Source of the DNA: Octopus vulgaris
Lineage: Eukaryota
Length of the DNA: 64,000 bases
Direction: 5' to 3'
NCBI GenBank assembly: GCA_951406725.2
Contig: OX597814.1
Location: forward strand, 184,326,001-184,390,000
Numbering within the stretch: position 1 is the stretch's first letter; each line of letters starts with the position of its first letter. The notes under the pieces are model-generated. The model had not been told where the DNA came from. It did no database searches and saw nothing but the letters and a program-made list of their open reading frames with translations. Shown here one piece after another: positions 11,363 through 25,728 of this stretch. The translations under genes and the position numbers were made by a program.

Positions 11363-12454
11363 AGTGGCTTTTATAATAATACTATTATGTTACGGATACT
11401 TCTAAGTAAAAGCTTCTGTAAAGATTTCCCAAATAGGACAGTACAGATTGTCGCTCTATCATTACTGATCCTTGAATTCATCAAGATTCAAACTGGGAAA
11501 AAATAGGGCATAACTTACTGTCATAACGGTTCTGACTTGGTTATCCAATGGGCTGGTTCCTAAGAAAATAAGGAGGGTCTGCATCAAGAAGTGTCTAGTT
11601 ATAACCTGTCCAACATTGAATAATTTTTTGGAAATTAATTCTTAGATGTGAGGAACGATCTTACCTTATGTGGTATATTATAAAATTATTGATTTCATTT
11701 TGACGTTATTTGTTTAAAAAACTTTTGAAGTTTTTTGTTTTGTTTCTTGTTTCCTCTATTCAAATTTACATTTTATTTATTAAATCTAATATTCTCATTA
11801 TCGTCGACATCTTGTCATTGCCGTGGTTATTGCTACGGAGTAATATTGTTCATCTCTGCTCAATAATCCTAACGTACTAAACTAGATGGTAAGAATCGTT
11901 TATAGCTTTGATGTTCTATCTATTCGCTGTGAAGATGAAGCCATAAGATTGAGGATTTGTTATGTGCAATTACTCTTTGAGATAAGATTGGTGTAGGAAG
12001 TTGTTAATATATATTTGTCAGTTACAAAAGGACGACGAATGACAAAGATAGTTTAAATGCCTTTTGGTAATATATGGATTAATAGATATCGGTTGATGGA
12101 ACCAACTTTTCTCATTTGGAATTCGTAGTTCACTCGCTCAGTTAAAGTGAGAATTTATGTTTAGTATTTTGTAGTTGTAGTTGGTAGATATGAAATATTT
12201 GAGTGAATAAAGCATCAAACTACCTGTTCACAGGAAGCGATTTTAAATCTTATGTAGGCTTTTGTTGTATTATTGGACAAGCCAATTGATTTCACGTTTA
12301 TTCACTTTACCTAACTAGTTGGGAATAGATACCAGATTAAAGAACGGTACTTGTATTTGACTGGCTTTCTCATGGCAATATATTTGATTTGCACATATCT
12401 TTATACAATTAAAGTAGAGATAAGATTTCTGTCGAAGATTAAAGGGATAGATAA

Positions 12455-12501
<47 letters not shown>

Positions 12502-12959
12502 TAAAGGGTGAGGAAAAGTAAGTATATGTTTGAAGTTAGTTTGTAATATTAGACAGATAATTAAGTTTCATATTCTGATTAACTTTATTTCTTCAATTCG
12601 TAAATGATTTATCAAATATTCCTTCCTAGATATAAAATGGCGCTCATAATTAACATATTCATTGGAAGCAAGACACTCTGAAAATTATATCTATATGAAG
12701 TGCTGACATGTAAAAGCACAGTTCTCTTCACTTACATGACACATGCACATGTGTGTGATTTCATGTATACGTTTCGATTCATAAATATGAGTTGGAAATG
12801 AATTCAGTAAAGACATACAGACTAATCATTTATGGTTGTATTAATACTATTCTCTGTCGCTACTGCTTCCCCCACACATACATACATCTAAAGTAAAACT
12901 TGAAAACTATCTACGCAGTGACTACTTATATCTGCTTCGAAGCTTCCTTCTGCGCCCGA

Positions 12960-14500
12960 CCACTGATGTGTTGCTTTCACTTGAGCCTAAGATCTAGTTT
13001 GACGTCAATGATGTCGAATTGTTCATGCAGAAGGCGAGATCCAAATATGCTTCAGTCAAAAAAAGTTTAGTATATAAATTATGCAAGCACTGTCCTGGAG
13101 TTGTCAAAGTATATAACAGTGCGCATGGAGAAGGGCTTTAATTTGTCTAAAGCAGAAGGGATTTTATCATTTAATCAGTTTCACCGTTAACCTTCGTTGA
13201 TGTAGAAGGCAAGCTGTTTTATGTGGTATAAACGAGGGGATATCAAGATTTCTACCGTTGAGTGAACTCATAAGTACATCAATATGTGGGGTCCCGTTAT
13301 TCTCAGGGTATTTTGAATATGCTCAGGTGATCTGGAGCTCCAAGAAGTGGGTAGTTACCTTCAGTTGTCAGAATTAACCTCACGAAGGCCTATGAATCAC
13401 TTCACCATGTCTTCAAAACGTTAAATTTTCTATATTCTTGGATATGCAAAGGACCTTCGCATGCTGTTCCCTAGATTAGAAATCTTGTAGTTAACCCCCA
13501 AGGACTTCACAATGAACTAACAGGTTCTAGAGTGGGGCAGTGTGATGGGGTGCATCATTTCTCTAAATCCTCTTCGAGATAGATAAGGAGTTGGTACTGA
13601 AAGATATACGAAGACATTAGGAAGAGAGCAGATCAATGGACATTTCGTACTGTGACCATTAGGGGCTTTTATTGAGGACATTCTTTCCATAGTGGAAACA
13701 AGAAAGGAATTAAAAGTTATTTCAATGACCTTCTTCAGCAGTATCAAGACACAGTCTATTCATAACGTGATGGTTAGGCCAAGAAATATCCCTATGAAAT
13801 TGAAGAGATGAGTTCAAAGATTAGTGAACAGGCAATTATCTAAAGCATGTCTTTAAATGAAGCCTGGAGAGATGCTGAGATTCAAGCCAAATTGAAACCG
13901 GAGCTAACTGCCATAGACAACTCACTTTGGCATTCAAGTTTAAGATGAAGTATTATGAACATGGCTTTTTGCAAAATTCTTATAACCTCTCCAACTGTGT
14001 AAAATATTAACAATAATGAAAAGAATGGAAAGGTTTTCAAAGCAGGTCCCTCCAAAAGAGGCTTTGTACACCACCATACCTTACAAAATTGGGTTGCATA
14101 GTGCTGCTGCAAAACTACTGCTGCGCATTACTTCACTAATGGAGAAGCTTAAATTACCAAAATCACACTGCCACATGATGACGCAAGTTTTGGTCACTAC
14201 CATTGTTCATTCAATCCAGAAACTGGAATGAGAGAAAAGGGCAGAGACACAAACGAAATAAAATTAGAGATAAGTAGGAAGGAAAACTCATGGATTGGAG
14301 TGGGACAGATTCAGGTTAGTTACGATCAGTAAATTAATTCGTAGTATTGGAAAGGAGTTTCTTTTTACCCACAGGATAAAATGTAAACTAAGCTATGGGC
14401 AAAAAATCACGGATATTTCTTTTTAATATCAATGCGGCCTGGCATCACTGGAAGGGGCGATACTGATACAATGTGTCGAAATTGCTGACACCTTATCTGA
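12960..14500 (+). mobile_element. Degenerate HERO-type (restriction-like-endonuclease group) non-LTR retrotransposon, RT region
   Basis: Frameshifted peptides in the expected order: QKARSK, YKLCKHCPGV, AEG.F, DVEGKLF, GVPLFSGYFEYAQVIW, NLTKAYES, QVLEWGSVMGCIIS, AFIED, GLHSAAAKLLLRITSLMEKLKLPK. These resemble HERO RT motifs (LLNVEGKIF, GFSGCLEH, DLANAYGS, GIMMGCTISP, AFMDD, KLQLP..SL.EEFK). Confidence 0.72.
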
Positions 14501-15189
14501 CATAATTTCAGAAATTTGTCTAGAACTATAATGGAGAAGGGTCATGAAAATATAGTTAGCACTAACGTAATTCGAACAAGTACCCTTCTAAACACGAATA
14601 CGACTTGCTACCATTGTATCACAATCAGCTCTTACATCTCATTACATGCATGTATTAATTATGTAATGCTGATAACTGCCATTACTGCTTATAAGATTCC
14701 AATAAAATGTTAAATGCTCTGAGGGAAATCAAAGAAAAGGTGTCAAACTGCATCTGAAAGTAGCTCTCACATCCTTCCTTCAATCGTCTTGACGAACCCT
14801 ATTTTCGTAGCATGGTCTCTTTCTCTCTTTCTCCCTGTATCTCTCTTCCCACCCCCACTTATCTGATAACACCCTCGTTATCTTTATCTCTCTCTTATAT
14901 TTCTCCTTCATATTTCTTTATCATTCCTTAGATTTAACTCAAACAACACTTTAAATGTCTTCTTGACTACTTCTGGTTAAATGAAAATAAATGAAGTGAT
15001 ATTGCAAACTATCAAATTAGGTTTAATTGAGTGGAAGGTTACAGTCATGAGTGAAATAGAGTCACTGTTCATATTAGTTTATTTTTAAGTGGTCGATAAT
15101 ATGCTATAATCTTCATTAGTATTGTGCAATGTCAGTCTTGTAAATGTCAACGCATTTCTTCATTAAAAGCTACTAAGATGAGAAGAGGC

Positions 15190-17000
15190 AGTATCTATGA
15201 CCTGAGCAAACCCTACACGACTGGCAAAGCTGATGAAGCTAATGATCAGCTTGACATCTGTAGGTCAGTTTCTGAAGAAAAATGTTGGGTGGGGGAAAAT
15301 TCCAGAAGATTGCAGATGTAGTGGCTTAGGTTTGAATGAAGCTTTTATTGTTGAGCGGGGATGTAAGGGGTAGATGCACAAAATAGTAGTGACTAAAAGC
15401 AAAATGACGAGTGGGAAGAATAGGCTTAAATGAAATGATTATGCGGCGATACACAGTTCAGAGGAACAGATGTAATTGCCGGTTGTGATAAGAGTAGAGA
15501 AAAGAAAATGTGTGTTTGTCTTCTAGAGTCTGAAGTGCGCTTCTGATTGAAACCTAATCACTCAAATGTCATCCTTCTGGACACAGTCTATGACTTGCAT
15601 TTAGCAGGAACGCCCTCGTCTATGATATTTAAGTAGTCTTAAGGATTCAGTTCCTACTTCTTGCTTTTCTAAAAGATATGGTTGTTATTGTTCTTAATCG
15701 TGTGTTGATTACTTTATAGTTTTGCGGAAACTTTCTCATATACATTTTAAACTAAATCAATTCTTCAAGCCTGTTTTTACTGCTTATTTCTTGCCATCAT
15801 ATTGGCAGTTGGGGTGACTTCCAATAAAAAATATATTTTAATATCGCTCTTTGATATTTGTAGATGCTTATCAGGTGGTCAGATTTCAACTAGCTTTTAT
15901 GTTTTGAAGTCTTAATCATCTTTGATCTAATATTCATAAATTTGATCATAAATGTTATAAAATTGCTGGTGGAGCTTAAAGCACGACTGAATTCATTGGA
16001 CTTAAGTGGAAGGAAGCTTCAGACACAAGAAGTAAGAAATGAATGAAAGCAGAGGCGGAAAACTAGGAAATTCATATGTAAGATGACGGTTGGCGACTCC
16101 CTTAAAGCTGAATGTTTTCGCAGTTCATAAGACAAAATGATACCGGGAAAGGCAGGAAAATAAGCACCCTGTGTAACGGATCTTTGGTAGTTTAATGCCG
16201 ATCTATGAAGAGAGATCGGTATTTGAATTAAAGAGTATAATATGCCGACAAATGTTTCCATTACCTGGAGATGTTAGATTTAGTTTTGTAGGTAGTTTTC
16301 AACGTCATAGAATTCGCTTTGTGGATGAGACTACCGTGAGATGTCTTTAAACATTTGAAACTTCTCTCGAACGAGAAAGAGAAACAGAGAAAGCAAGAAT
16401 GAGAGAATGTAAGAGTGCAAGTATATGCATGCATGAGAGGGTGAAACAGAGAGAGGGGGGGAAAAAAGGAAAAGGAAAGAGAAAGGAAAATAGGTTAGAG
16501 AAAGAAAAGAGAGAGAGAGTCGTGGAGGGAATGAGATTTTGGGAGAGGAATTTCTTGGGATGTACACAACATGGAGAGTAACAAACGCGATGGTTACTTG
16601 TAGAGTATCTGTTGTTGGTTGTGCCAAAACTTTGTAAGACGGACAAATTTAGGAAAATCATCTTGTCAAGGGACCAGAAAGCGTTGATGTAAGTAAAATA
16701 CTCGTAAGCAGTCTGAAACAAGGAGGCATCCTTTATCTTTTTTTATAGTAACCTTTATGGAGTTGTAGCAACGACAGACGGTTTCGTGTGGGAACTCTGT
16801 TCAAGCGTTTTGTCCGTTCGACAAAACTTCTAGTGGTTTGGAGATTACAAACTGTTTTGTAGGGCTGCGAAGGCACATCACCAGGTGGTTGGTATAGGTC
16901 ACACTTTTAACTCTGTCTTATGTGCAGATGTTGAAAAAACCCTTCCTATCAGAATGAGAGGTGGTGACAGTCTAAGACAGAGTCTGTCTACGCTAAACTC
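15190..17000 (-). mobile_element. Highly degenerate APE-type LINE (CR1/Jockey group) ORF2 remnant
   Basis: Minus-strand fragments in ORF2 order: AFWSLDKMIF (about 16680), FRLCFHSFLTSC (about 16050), ESLRLL (about 15640), FWNFPP..TDLQM (about 15290). Interrupted by a purine-rich tract. Confidence 0.45.
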
Positions 17001-17337
17001 CATGTACAATAACTACAGATACAGAAACGAAAAGTGATGTAGTCAATACCACTGGTAGCAAGTGTTATATTGCATAATCGTACTTCACACACACGGACGC
17101 ACACATGCACATACATACCGATATATTTGTGAGTGTGTGCATGTTACATATATGCATATAAATGCCTACTTTTATCTACAAACATATGCACGCACTCACA
17201 CACATATGCATACATTTATGCAACCATCCATCCATCCATACATACATACAAATAATGCATGTGCAAATATATTCACTCAAATATACATATAAGTATATAT
17301 ACATACATACATGCATACATATGTACACATACACACA

Positions 17338-17392
<55 letters not shown>

Positions 17393-18199
17393 TTATTTAT
17401 ATATTGAGAGAGAAGGAGAGGAAATAGAATGACGCAAGTAGATTGATGTTTCTTTGTTGCAAATGTTATAGAAATCCAGTGAGCAATGAATGCAATATTT
17501 CTTAAACAATGGCATTGCATAAGAATTTTTCATTAGTGTTCCATGTAAATTCCTTAATGCTCGTAGTCATTGAAATTATATTAATTGGTGGCGTGAGGAT
17601 ATTGTGATGACCTCTCAATCAACTTTGCTACGAAAGTATCTGTCAACTCCATTGTATTTGCCTCTATGGACAAACGAACCTAATTTCTACGTAAGGTTAC
17701 ACATTTGTTTGGCATAGGATCCTTTAGACACAAGTGACAAAATGTTTTCGAGTAGAATAGTTCTTTGACAAAATCTCGGATGGTTAAAGAATATTTAAAA
17801 TATTTTATCTGTTATAATTACACATGAGACAAAAAGCTTTTATATTGTAAATCGTGTTTCCACCAAGTGCTCTACGCAAAGCATTTTATAGAAAGAATGT
17901 TGAGAATATCCAAAAGCACTCGATGAAAATGGTTATTGTAATAAATAATCTTAAACAGAATTAGAAATTTCCATATTGTTTACGTCCAGAATTTCTTCCT
18001 GTCGATTGATACTTGCCAAACATATTACAGATCAAGTAACCGTTATGAAATGAAGTCATTATCAAAAGGTGTAGTTGTCAGTTGTATATGTCACTGAAAT
18101 TTGTGTTAATCAAGATTATAATAAAGAAAATATTTGAAGATTAGACACCGGCAATACGTTAAAGGACATATTCTGATAGAAAATGTCAACAGCCATATT

Positions 18200-18697
18200 G
18201 TATGAGACAGTTAATATAAACCAACGAACTCGAAGCATATCATCTATTTAGCTTATGCCACTAGCAACACACCAAAAGATATTCTCTTTAATTTAGCGAA
18301 AAGGATTTACACAAGAGTGTCTTCAAGACCTCAGAACAATACTAACTGAGAAACAATATCCCCCTTCCCTTATAGATAATGGAACTAATCGACTCAAGAA
18401 TACAGGCATTAAAACATTTAGGGAAACAAAATGAAACACTACACCTCATCTCAAAATACCACCGTATATATCAACTCACAACCATAGGAACAACGAGGCA
18501 TACAACACTATTGAAAAAAAAAATTACCCATGAACACTAGGGGTCCAAAAATGAACAACATTCTGAAAACACATAAATTCATCACATGTAAAAAGCAACC
18601 CAAATCGCTGAAACGATTTCTGACAAATGCGAAACTTTACACAACAACCACGAAACCAGTGGTTAAAAAATGTTGACGTCAAAACTGTGGGTCTACA
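18200..18697 (+). mobile_element. Penelope-like element remnant (RT thumb and linker)
   Basis: YKPTNSK, FNLAKRI, LQDLRTILTEKQYPPSLIDNG, YISTHN, CKKQPKSLKRFLTNAK, KKC*RQNCG, as expected for the PLE RT C-terminus leading into the Cys linker. Confidence 0.7.
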
Positions 18698-18775
18698 TTA
18701 TTAGAAGCTTTCTTTATTTCCCTTTTTTTCTACTACATATACACTTATATGCATGTAAATTTATATATATATATT

Positions 18776-18843
<68 letters not shown>

Positions 18844-18847
<4 letters not shown>

Positions 18848-19002
18848 ATCCAAACAAGAAAGCACAAAAAAACACACCAACGCGAGGACGTAGAACAAAT
18901 ATAGTATTATTGGACGCTCAGGAGAGAAGGAAAGAAGGAGGGTTAAACGTTTCGAGCGGAGCTCTTCGTCGGAAACATAGAAGGAAAGATCCAGAGAAGG
19001 GA
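18844..19002 (-). mobile_element. Solo PLE pseudo-LTR with minimal hammerhead-like motif
   Basis: Same family as 63632-64000; flanked on both sides by (TA)n. Confidence 0.7.
18942..18977 (-). ncRNA. Minimal type I hammerhead-like motif (U4C core variant)
   Basis: Minus strand GUUU-CCGACGA-A-GAGC-UCC-GCUC-GAAA-CGUU-UAAC. Confidence 0.6.
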
Positions 19003-19015
19003 CACACGCGATATA

Positions 19016-19072
<57 letters not shown>

Positions 19073-19092
19073 AACATATACACGTATAAATA

Positions 19093-19459
19093 TTCTTTTA
19101 TTCTTTATTTGTTTCAGGCATTTTACTGCGCCCATGCTGGATCACTGCCTTAAGTCGAACAATTGGACCCCAGGACTTATTCTTTGTAAGCCTAGTACTT
19201 GCTCCATCGGTCTCTTTTGCCGAACGGCTAAGTTACGGTGATGTAAATGCCCCAATATCGGTTGTCAAGCGATGATGAAGGGGACAAACACAGACAGACG
19301 GGCTTCTTTCAATTTCCGTCTACCAAATCTACTCACAAGGCTTTGGTCGGTCCGAGGGCATAGTTGAAGACACTTGCGCAAGGTGCCACGCATTGGGACT
19401 GAACCGGGAATCGTGTGTTTGGTAAGCAAGCTACTTACCATACAGCCACTCCTGCGCCT
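19093..19459 (-). mobile_element. SINE family A, lacking the internal microsatellite
   Basis: Head and tail both match family A; halves join directly near 19297. Confidence 0.9.
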
Positions 19460-19540
19460 ATATATATATGTGTGAGTGTGTGTGCATATATATATATATA
19501 TGTGTGTGTGTGTGTAATAATATATATATATATATATATA

Positions 19541-19788
19541 TGCTCCAGCATGGCCTTAGTCAAATGACTGAAACAAGTAAAAGAGTAAAAGAGTATATAT
19601 ATTCTTTTATTCTTTTGTTTCAGTCATTTGACTAAGGCCATGCTGGAGCACTGCCGTTAGTCGAACAAATCGACCCCAGGACTTTTTTGTAAGCCTAGTA
19701 CTTATTCTATCGGTCTCTTTTATCGGACCGATAAGTTACGGGGGCGTAAACACACCAACATCGGTTGACAAGCGATGGTGAGGGGACA

Positions 19789-19833
<45 letters not shown>

Positions 19834-19955
19834 CGAGCTTCTTTCAGTTTCCGTCTTCGAAATCATCTCACAAGGCTTTAGTCTTCCCGAAGCTATAGTA
19901 GGAGACACTTACCCAAGAATCCATAACCATCTTGTTGGGAAGCAAGCCTTTTATT
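19541..19955 (-). mobile_element. SINE family A with an inverted copy of its own tail (19541-19593)
   Basis: Both tails carry the same variant GGCCTTAGTC. Confidence 0.85.
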
Positions 19956-20289
19956 ACATATATTGAAAATAATCTATTGACATCACAGAGATCACGTATA
20001 GATATACGGATAAATATAAGACAGTGATTAGAAAAAAGTTGGAGGTGACTCATTCTTGACAATCTACCAATAAATGGATTAAAAGCAAACAGAAATATTT
20101 ACGTATACGGAAGTTTAATCGACAAATGAAATTTATTATAATATACATATAAGTATAAAAATATAGAAAAAATACGAATAGAATTTTTAGAAATATAATG
20201 AAGACATGTATAAATATATAATTATAATAATTTCTAATATGTGACAATGACTTTTAATCAATAAATGTGTTTATGCTCATGTGTTCGTA

Positions 20290-20725
20290 TACGTGTACAT
20301 ACATATTTGCATACACACACACACGCATGCACACACGCATACATATACACACACGCACATATGTATATATATATATATATATATATGTATGTTTTTATTC
20401 ATTTGTATATACATAGTGTATATATACATATGTGTGTATATATATGTATATATATATACATATATGTATACACACACACACATATATATATACACACTTC
20501 TTTATATTTATGCATGCACACACGCATACACATACACACACATATGTATATGTATATATGTGTGTATATATTTATGTGTATATACATATGTGTATATATA
20601 CATGTATATATATATATATATGAATATATACATATATATATACACACACAGATATACATATATATACACAGATATTTATATTTATATATATGCACACATA
20701 TGTATATATACATGAATATATACAT

Positions 20726-20774
<49 letters not shown>

Positions 20775-21583
20775 CATATGTGTGTGTATCTGTGTCCGTC
20801 TGTCCGTCCGTGTACATGTGTGTATGTGTGTGCGTGTTTGTGTGCGTGTGTGTTTGTGCGCGTGGGTGTGTGTATTGACGGAAGACCACGATTCAGTAAA
20901 TAAAGGGAATGCGGATCCTAAAACGAAAAATAAAGAAAACATGTCATAACTAATTGAATTATTTCAAATGCAAATACAAATACTTTCCAGTCCTTTATCA
21001 AATCTTTGACGTGTCATATCACGCACACGTGTCATTAATATCATATTGTTCGTCGACTTCATCATCATCATCATCATCATCTTCTTCTTTTTCTTTGCCG
21101 TCATCATTATCATTGTCGTCGTCGTCGTCACCACTACCACCACCACCACCACCACTATCACCATTATCATCATCGTTGCAATCATCATCATCGTCGTCAT
21201 TATCATCTTTACCGTTGTCATTACCGTTGTCATCTTACTACAATAAAAAAAAAAACAACGCTATTAACATTATGATAATCAACATAATTGAAATCATCAA
21301 AATTGTCATCGTCTTCAATATTCTCATTATGTATACACACACATACATACACACACATACACACACATACACACACACATATACAATTACATGTAAATAT
21401 GTATATACACATCTATATAGGCATATATATATATATGCACACATATATACATATATACATACATATATATTTGTATGTATATGTATATATATATCTATAT
21501 TTTTATATATATATATATGTATATATATATGTATATATATGTATATATATATGTATATAAATGTATATATATGTATATATATA

Positions 21584-21666
<83 letters not shown>

Positions 21667-21673
21667 GTATATA

Positions 21674-21719
<46 letters not shown>

Positions 21720-21790
21720 GTATATATATATATATGCATATACATATGAATATATATGTATATATATGTATATATATGTATATGTATATA

Positions 21791-21853
<63 letters not shown>

Positions 21854-21895
21854 GCATACACACATAGACACACAGGCACATACACACACACACAA
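20290..21895. repeat. Long compound (TA)/(CA) and trinucleotide microsatellite region
   Basis: Visible directly; source of the YI/HT/poly-Ser ORFs. Confidence 0.95.
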
Positions 21896-22429
21896 ATTCA
21901 CGTATGTGTATTACATATGTTTTTAGTATTTTAAGATGCAAATTCACATTATGAAATTACATCCAGAATTCCTAAAATTCCACTCAGGTAACGATTGTAG
22001 AAAAATAAAAGAAAGCACCAAACATTATGGAAACTAAATATAGCAAACAAATAATGTAAAGACGGAAGTAAAAAGTATTGAAATGAATGTGTGTTATTAG
22101 AAGGATGTACAATTTAATAAAAGAACTTGATGGAAATAACTACAAAATGAATCCTCCGAAGATTCATTCAAGTGTTAATAAACAGTATTTACAGCTAAGT
22201 GACACAACTCTGGTTACGGTAGGTTCTATTCAACTTGAGGAATACATACGTTTTTTTTTGTTTGTGTGTGTGTGTATTCTTATACTTTCGTGTTTATATA
22301 CAGTAAGTAGGCGTATTGTTATAGGTAATAAATAAATAAAATAGTTAATAAAATCCATATTACTGTTATAACTTTATTGAAACAAATGATACATGTTCTT
22401 TATTACCTGGGAAAATGAAAGAAAATATT

Positions 22430-22650
22430 CTTATTTTAACGTCAAACAGTCTCCTCAAACAGCCAGGGATGGAATGAACAATCTTTTGAAGGACATTGTC
22501 TGGGAGATCATTGAGAACCTCCTGAATCCGTGTCTCTAAATCCTTCAGTGTACGAGGATTTGTCTTGTGCACTTCCTCTTTGTGTAAACTCACAGGTAAA
22601 AGACAGGTGTAGTGAGATCTGGTAAAAGTCAGGTGTAGTGAGATCTGGTC
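22430..22650 (-). mobile_element. Tc1/mariner-superfamily transposase C-terminal remnant
   Basis: PDLTTP(D/V)FY then KEEVHKTNPRTLKDLETRIQEVLNDLPDNVLQKIVHSIPGCLR, resembling SPDLTPxDFFLWG..K..VY...P.TL..L...I. The PDLTTP segment is tandemly duplicated (22595-22649). Confidence 0.75.
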
Positions 22651-23296
22651 TTCTTGGAGTACTGGAGTTCTGGACTTCTGCGGTCACGGTGTTCAGATTT
22701 TAGCTCCTGCACGCAATGAGGTTTCCATGGACGAAAATTCAATTCTTTATACAAGTTTACGAGCTGCTTGACATGTCGATTTTTGCAAGCTGCGGTTACA
22801 ACATTTATCTCGTATGATACTTAACATGCCCTTATTCATTGTTAATGCTAAACAACAAGGCTCTCACATGAGTTATTTCTCTGGACTCGTTTTCGTATTA
22901 TTTATGCAATAATTTGTATAAATAGCCTTAGTAATCTTGGGTCATAAGTATACACTATTAACTTTTTATACCTGCTTAGGTGACTCGTTTGGCTGAAAAT
23001 AAGGTAGGGGACCAGCTGCGATAACAATGCTTATTGAACCAGATACACGTATCCAAAGCTGCCAAATTGTATCCAGGCAAACAGGCTGTTTTTCTCCAAT
23101 GCAATGTAATGCTTAGAGGTTTATTGATTTTTGAGATTATCTCCCTTTTTCCTTTTGATTTCGTCCCCATTGTTAACAAGCAATTGTTTTAACTTCACTA
23201 GAAGCAGCAGCAGAGATAATTTCAGTAATTCAAAAATATAAAGTATGTGCTTTAAATATTAGCATTATCAGTGTTTGCTCATTTACGTTTCATATA

Positions 23297-23745
23297 TGGC
23301 CGCTGTCAAATGACTGAAAAAAGTAAATGAATATCTCTCTTTTCTCTTTTCTCTTTTACTTGTTTCAGTCATTTGACTGCGGCCATGCTGGAGCACCGCC
23401 TTTAGTCGAGCAAATCGACCCCGGGACTTATTCTTTGTAAGCCCAGTACTTATTCTATCGGTCTCTTTTTGCCAACCGCTAAGTGACGAGGACGTAAACA
23501 CACCAGCGTCGGTTGTCAAGCAATGCTAGGGGGACAAACACAGACACACAAACATATTCACACACACTTATATATATATACATATATACGACAGGCTTCT
23601 TTCAGTTTCCGTCTACCAAATCCACTCACAAGGCATTGGTCGGCCCGGGGCTATAGCAGAAGACACTTGCCCAAGATGTCACGCAGTGGGACTGAACCCG
23701 GAACCATGAGGTTGGTTAGCAAGCTACTTACCACACAGCCACTCC
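23297..23745 (-). mobile_element. SINE family A preceded by an inverted tail fragment (23297-23333)
   Basis: Family A body on the minus strand; short plus-strand tail ATGGCCGCTGTCAAATGACTGAAA. Confidence 0.88.
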
Positions 23746-23853
23746 ATATTAATCGAAGTTTACATTATTATGTATCCATTAGGGCCGATCTTTCCAATCG
23801 ATTGTTAATATCGGCTGTAATGGATATATAATACTGTACACTTCGATTAATAT
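23746..23853. repeat. Imperfect 108-bp hairpin
   Basis: ATATTAATCGAAGT.TACA.TATTAT.TATCCATTA..GCCGAT arms around CAATCGATTG. Confidence 0.8.
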
Positions 23854-23935
23854 ACCCATACAGACAGATATGCGAGAGCATTTTTCGTAACTTATAGATT
23901 TTTAGACGGCTATATATATATCGTCAGATATTTAG

Positions 23936-23936
<1 letters not shown>

Positions 23937-24017
<81 letters not shown>

Positions 24018-24113
24018 ATATATATATATATATATATCTTTCTATCTATTTATCTACCTATCTATCTATCATCTATCTGTCTATCTATCTATCTATTTAT
24101 CTATCTATCTATC

Positions 24114-24171
<58 letters not shown>

Positions 24172-24183
24172 TTATCTATCATA

Positions 24184-24273
<90 letters not shown>

Positions 24274-24290
24274 ACTACCTATCTATCTGT
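23937..24290. repeat. (TCTA)n tetranucleotide array
   Basis: Visible directly. Confidence 0.97.
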
Positions 24291-24804
24291 CTCTGAAACA
24301 TATCTGTCTATGTGTCAGTCTGTCTGTCTATCTAAGATTTAGGTCGCACATGGTATAAGTACTACACGGCTCTGCATATATGTGTATGCATATACATATG
24401 CATACATATGCTTATATATATATATAAGTTTCTATATGTAATCGTGCTTACAGTGAGTATGTGTGTGCATGTATCCATATATATGTATGTGTGCAAAATA
24501 TTTGAATGTGTGTGTGAGTGTGTGTGTGTGTGTATGAGTGTGACTGTGTGAGCGTTGAATACAAAAGTGCTGAAGTTTCGTTATTCCCGTTGTTTATTCA
24601 GAGCCAAGATTTCTGTTTACAGTCTGTATGTCAGTTCTCGTTAACGTATATGTAACTGCTCTTCAATACTGTGAAGTTAGATGGCAGAAGTCATCCATTT
24701 TGTTAATGGCATGCCAACACGCCACTTACCTCTTTCTTTCCTCTCCCTCTCTTTCCCCTCTCTCTTTCTCTCTATCTCTCTAAACACCCAAACACACACA
24801 CACG

Positions 24805-24913
<109 letters not shown>

Positions 24914-25257
24914 ATATATATATATATATACTTCCAGCTTTGTTTCCGTCCTCACAGATAAATTTTTGTTCTTTACTCTTTCAATTATTTGGTTGGGTTT
25001 CTTTCATCAGCATTTCTTATTTTATTCTCCTTCTATCACATATCAGATTCAAAAACAATTAGGTTCTCAGCCTTTTATTGTTGTTTTTCTTTCCTTTTCT
25101 GAAATTTCATTCTTACATTCGATCTCCATTTCTCACCTTAACTAGACTCTATTAAAACAATATCTTCATTTCTTCTCTATCAAAAGCACTATTATCCATT
25201 TAGCTCCCTAATATCACAAAAGCTAGTTTGTCTTTCAAATTTGCTTAATGTTAATAA

Positions 25258-25311
<54 letters not shown>

Positions 25312-25315
25312 ATGG

Positions 25316-25347
<32 letters not shown>

Positions 25348-25501
25348 CGGTATGGATATATATATAACAGATAATGGTGCATTGAGACCCAAAGGTGTCA
25401 GGTAATGCTGAATAAGCACTATAGACAGACACTATAGTCAAGTTCCAGATTCGGTAATTTTGCGAATAAGGGGTTCAACGTTGGTTCTATGTCAGCGTGT
25501 G

Positions 25502-25728
25502 TATATAAGAGTTTTTTGCGTAATGAGATTAAAAAAAACAAGGCTGTGTAAGTATTAGAGCATTTATAGATAGAAGGTCTTGCAGCTGTTTCTATGATAA
25601 TAATTAATTATATCCCTCCGATGAAGGGATATAATTAATTAATATCCTAGAAACACTTGTAAGACCTATTTATAAATGCTCTAATATCTACAGAGCCTTG
25701 GTTTTTTAATCTTATTACGCAAAAAACT

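Noticed and set aside
11500-12420. Non-repetitive AT-rich stretch examined for exons
   Set aside because: No ORF of 60 aa or more and no recognisable motif or convincing splice pair.
20265-21947. Long ORFs (212, 326 and 217 aa) rich in YI, HT and poly-Ser
   Set aside because: Translations of microsatellites that lack stop codons; no domain content.
22960-23180. Possible LINE RT trace (LEKNSLF..QFG) on the minus strand
   Set aside because: A single weak motif is not enough to call.
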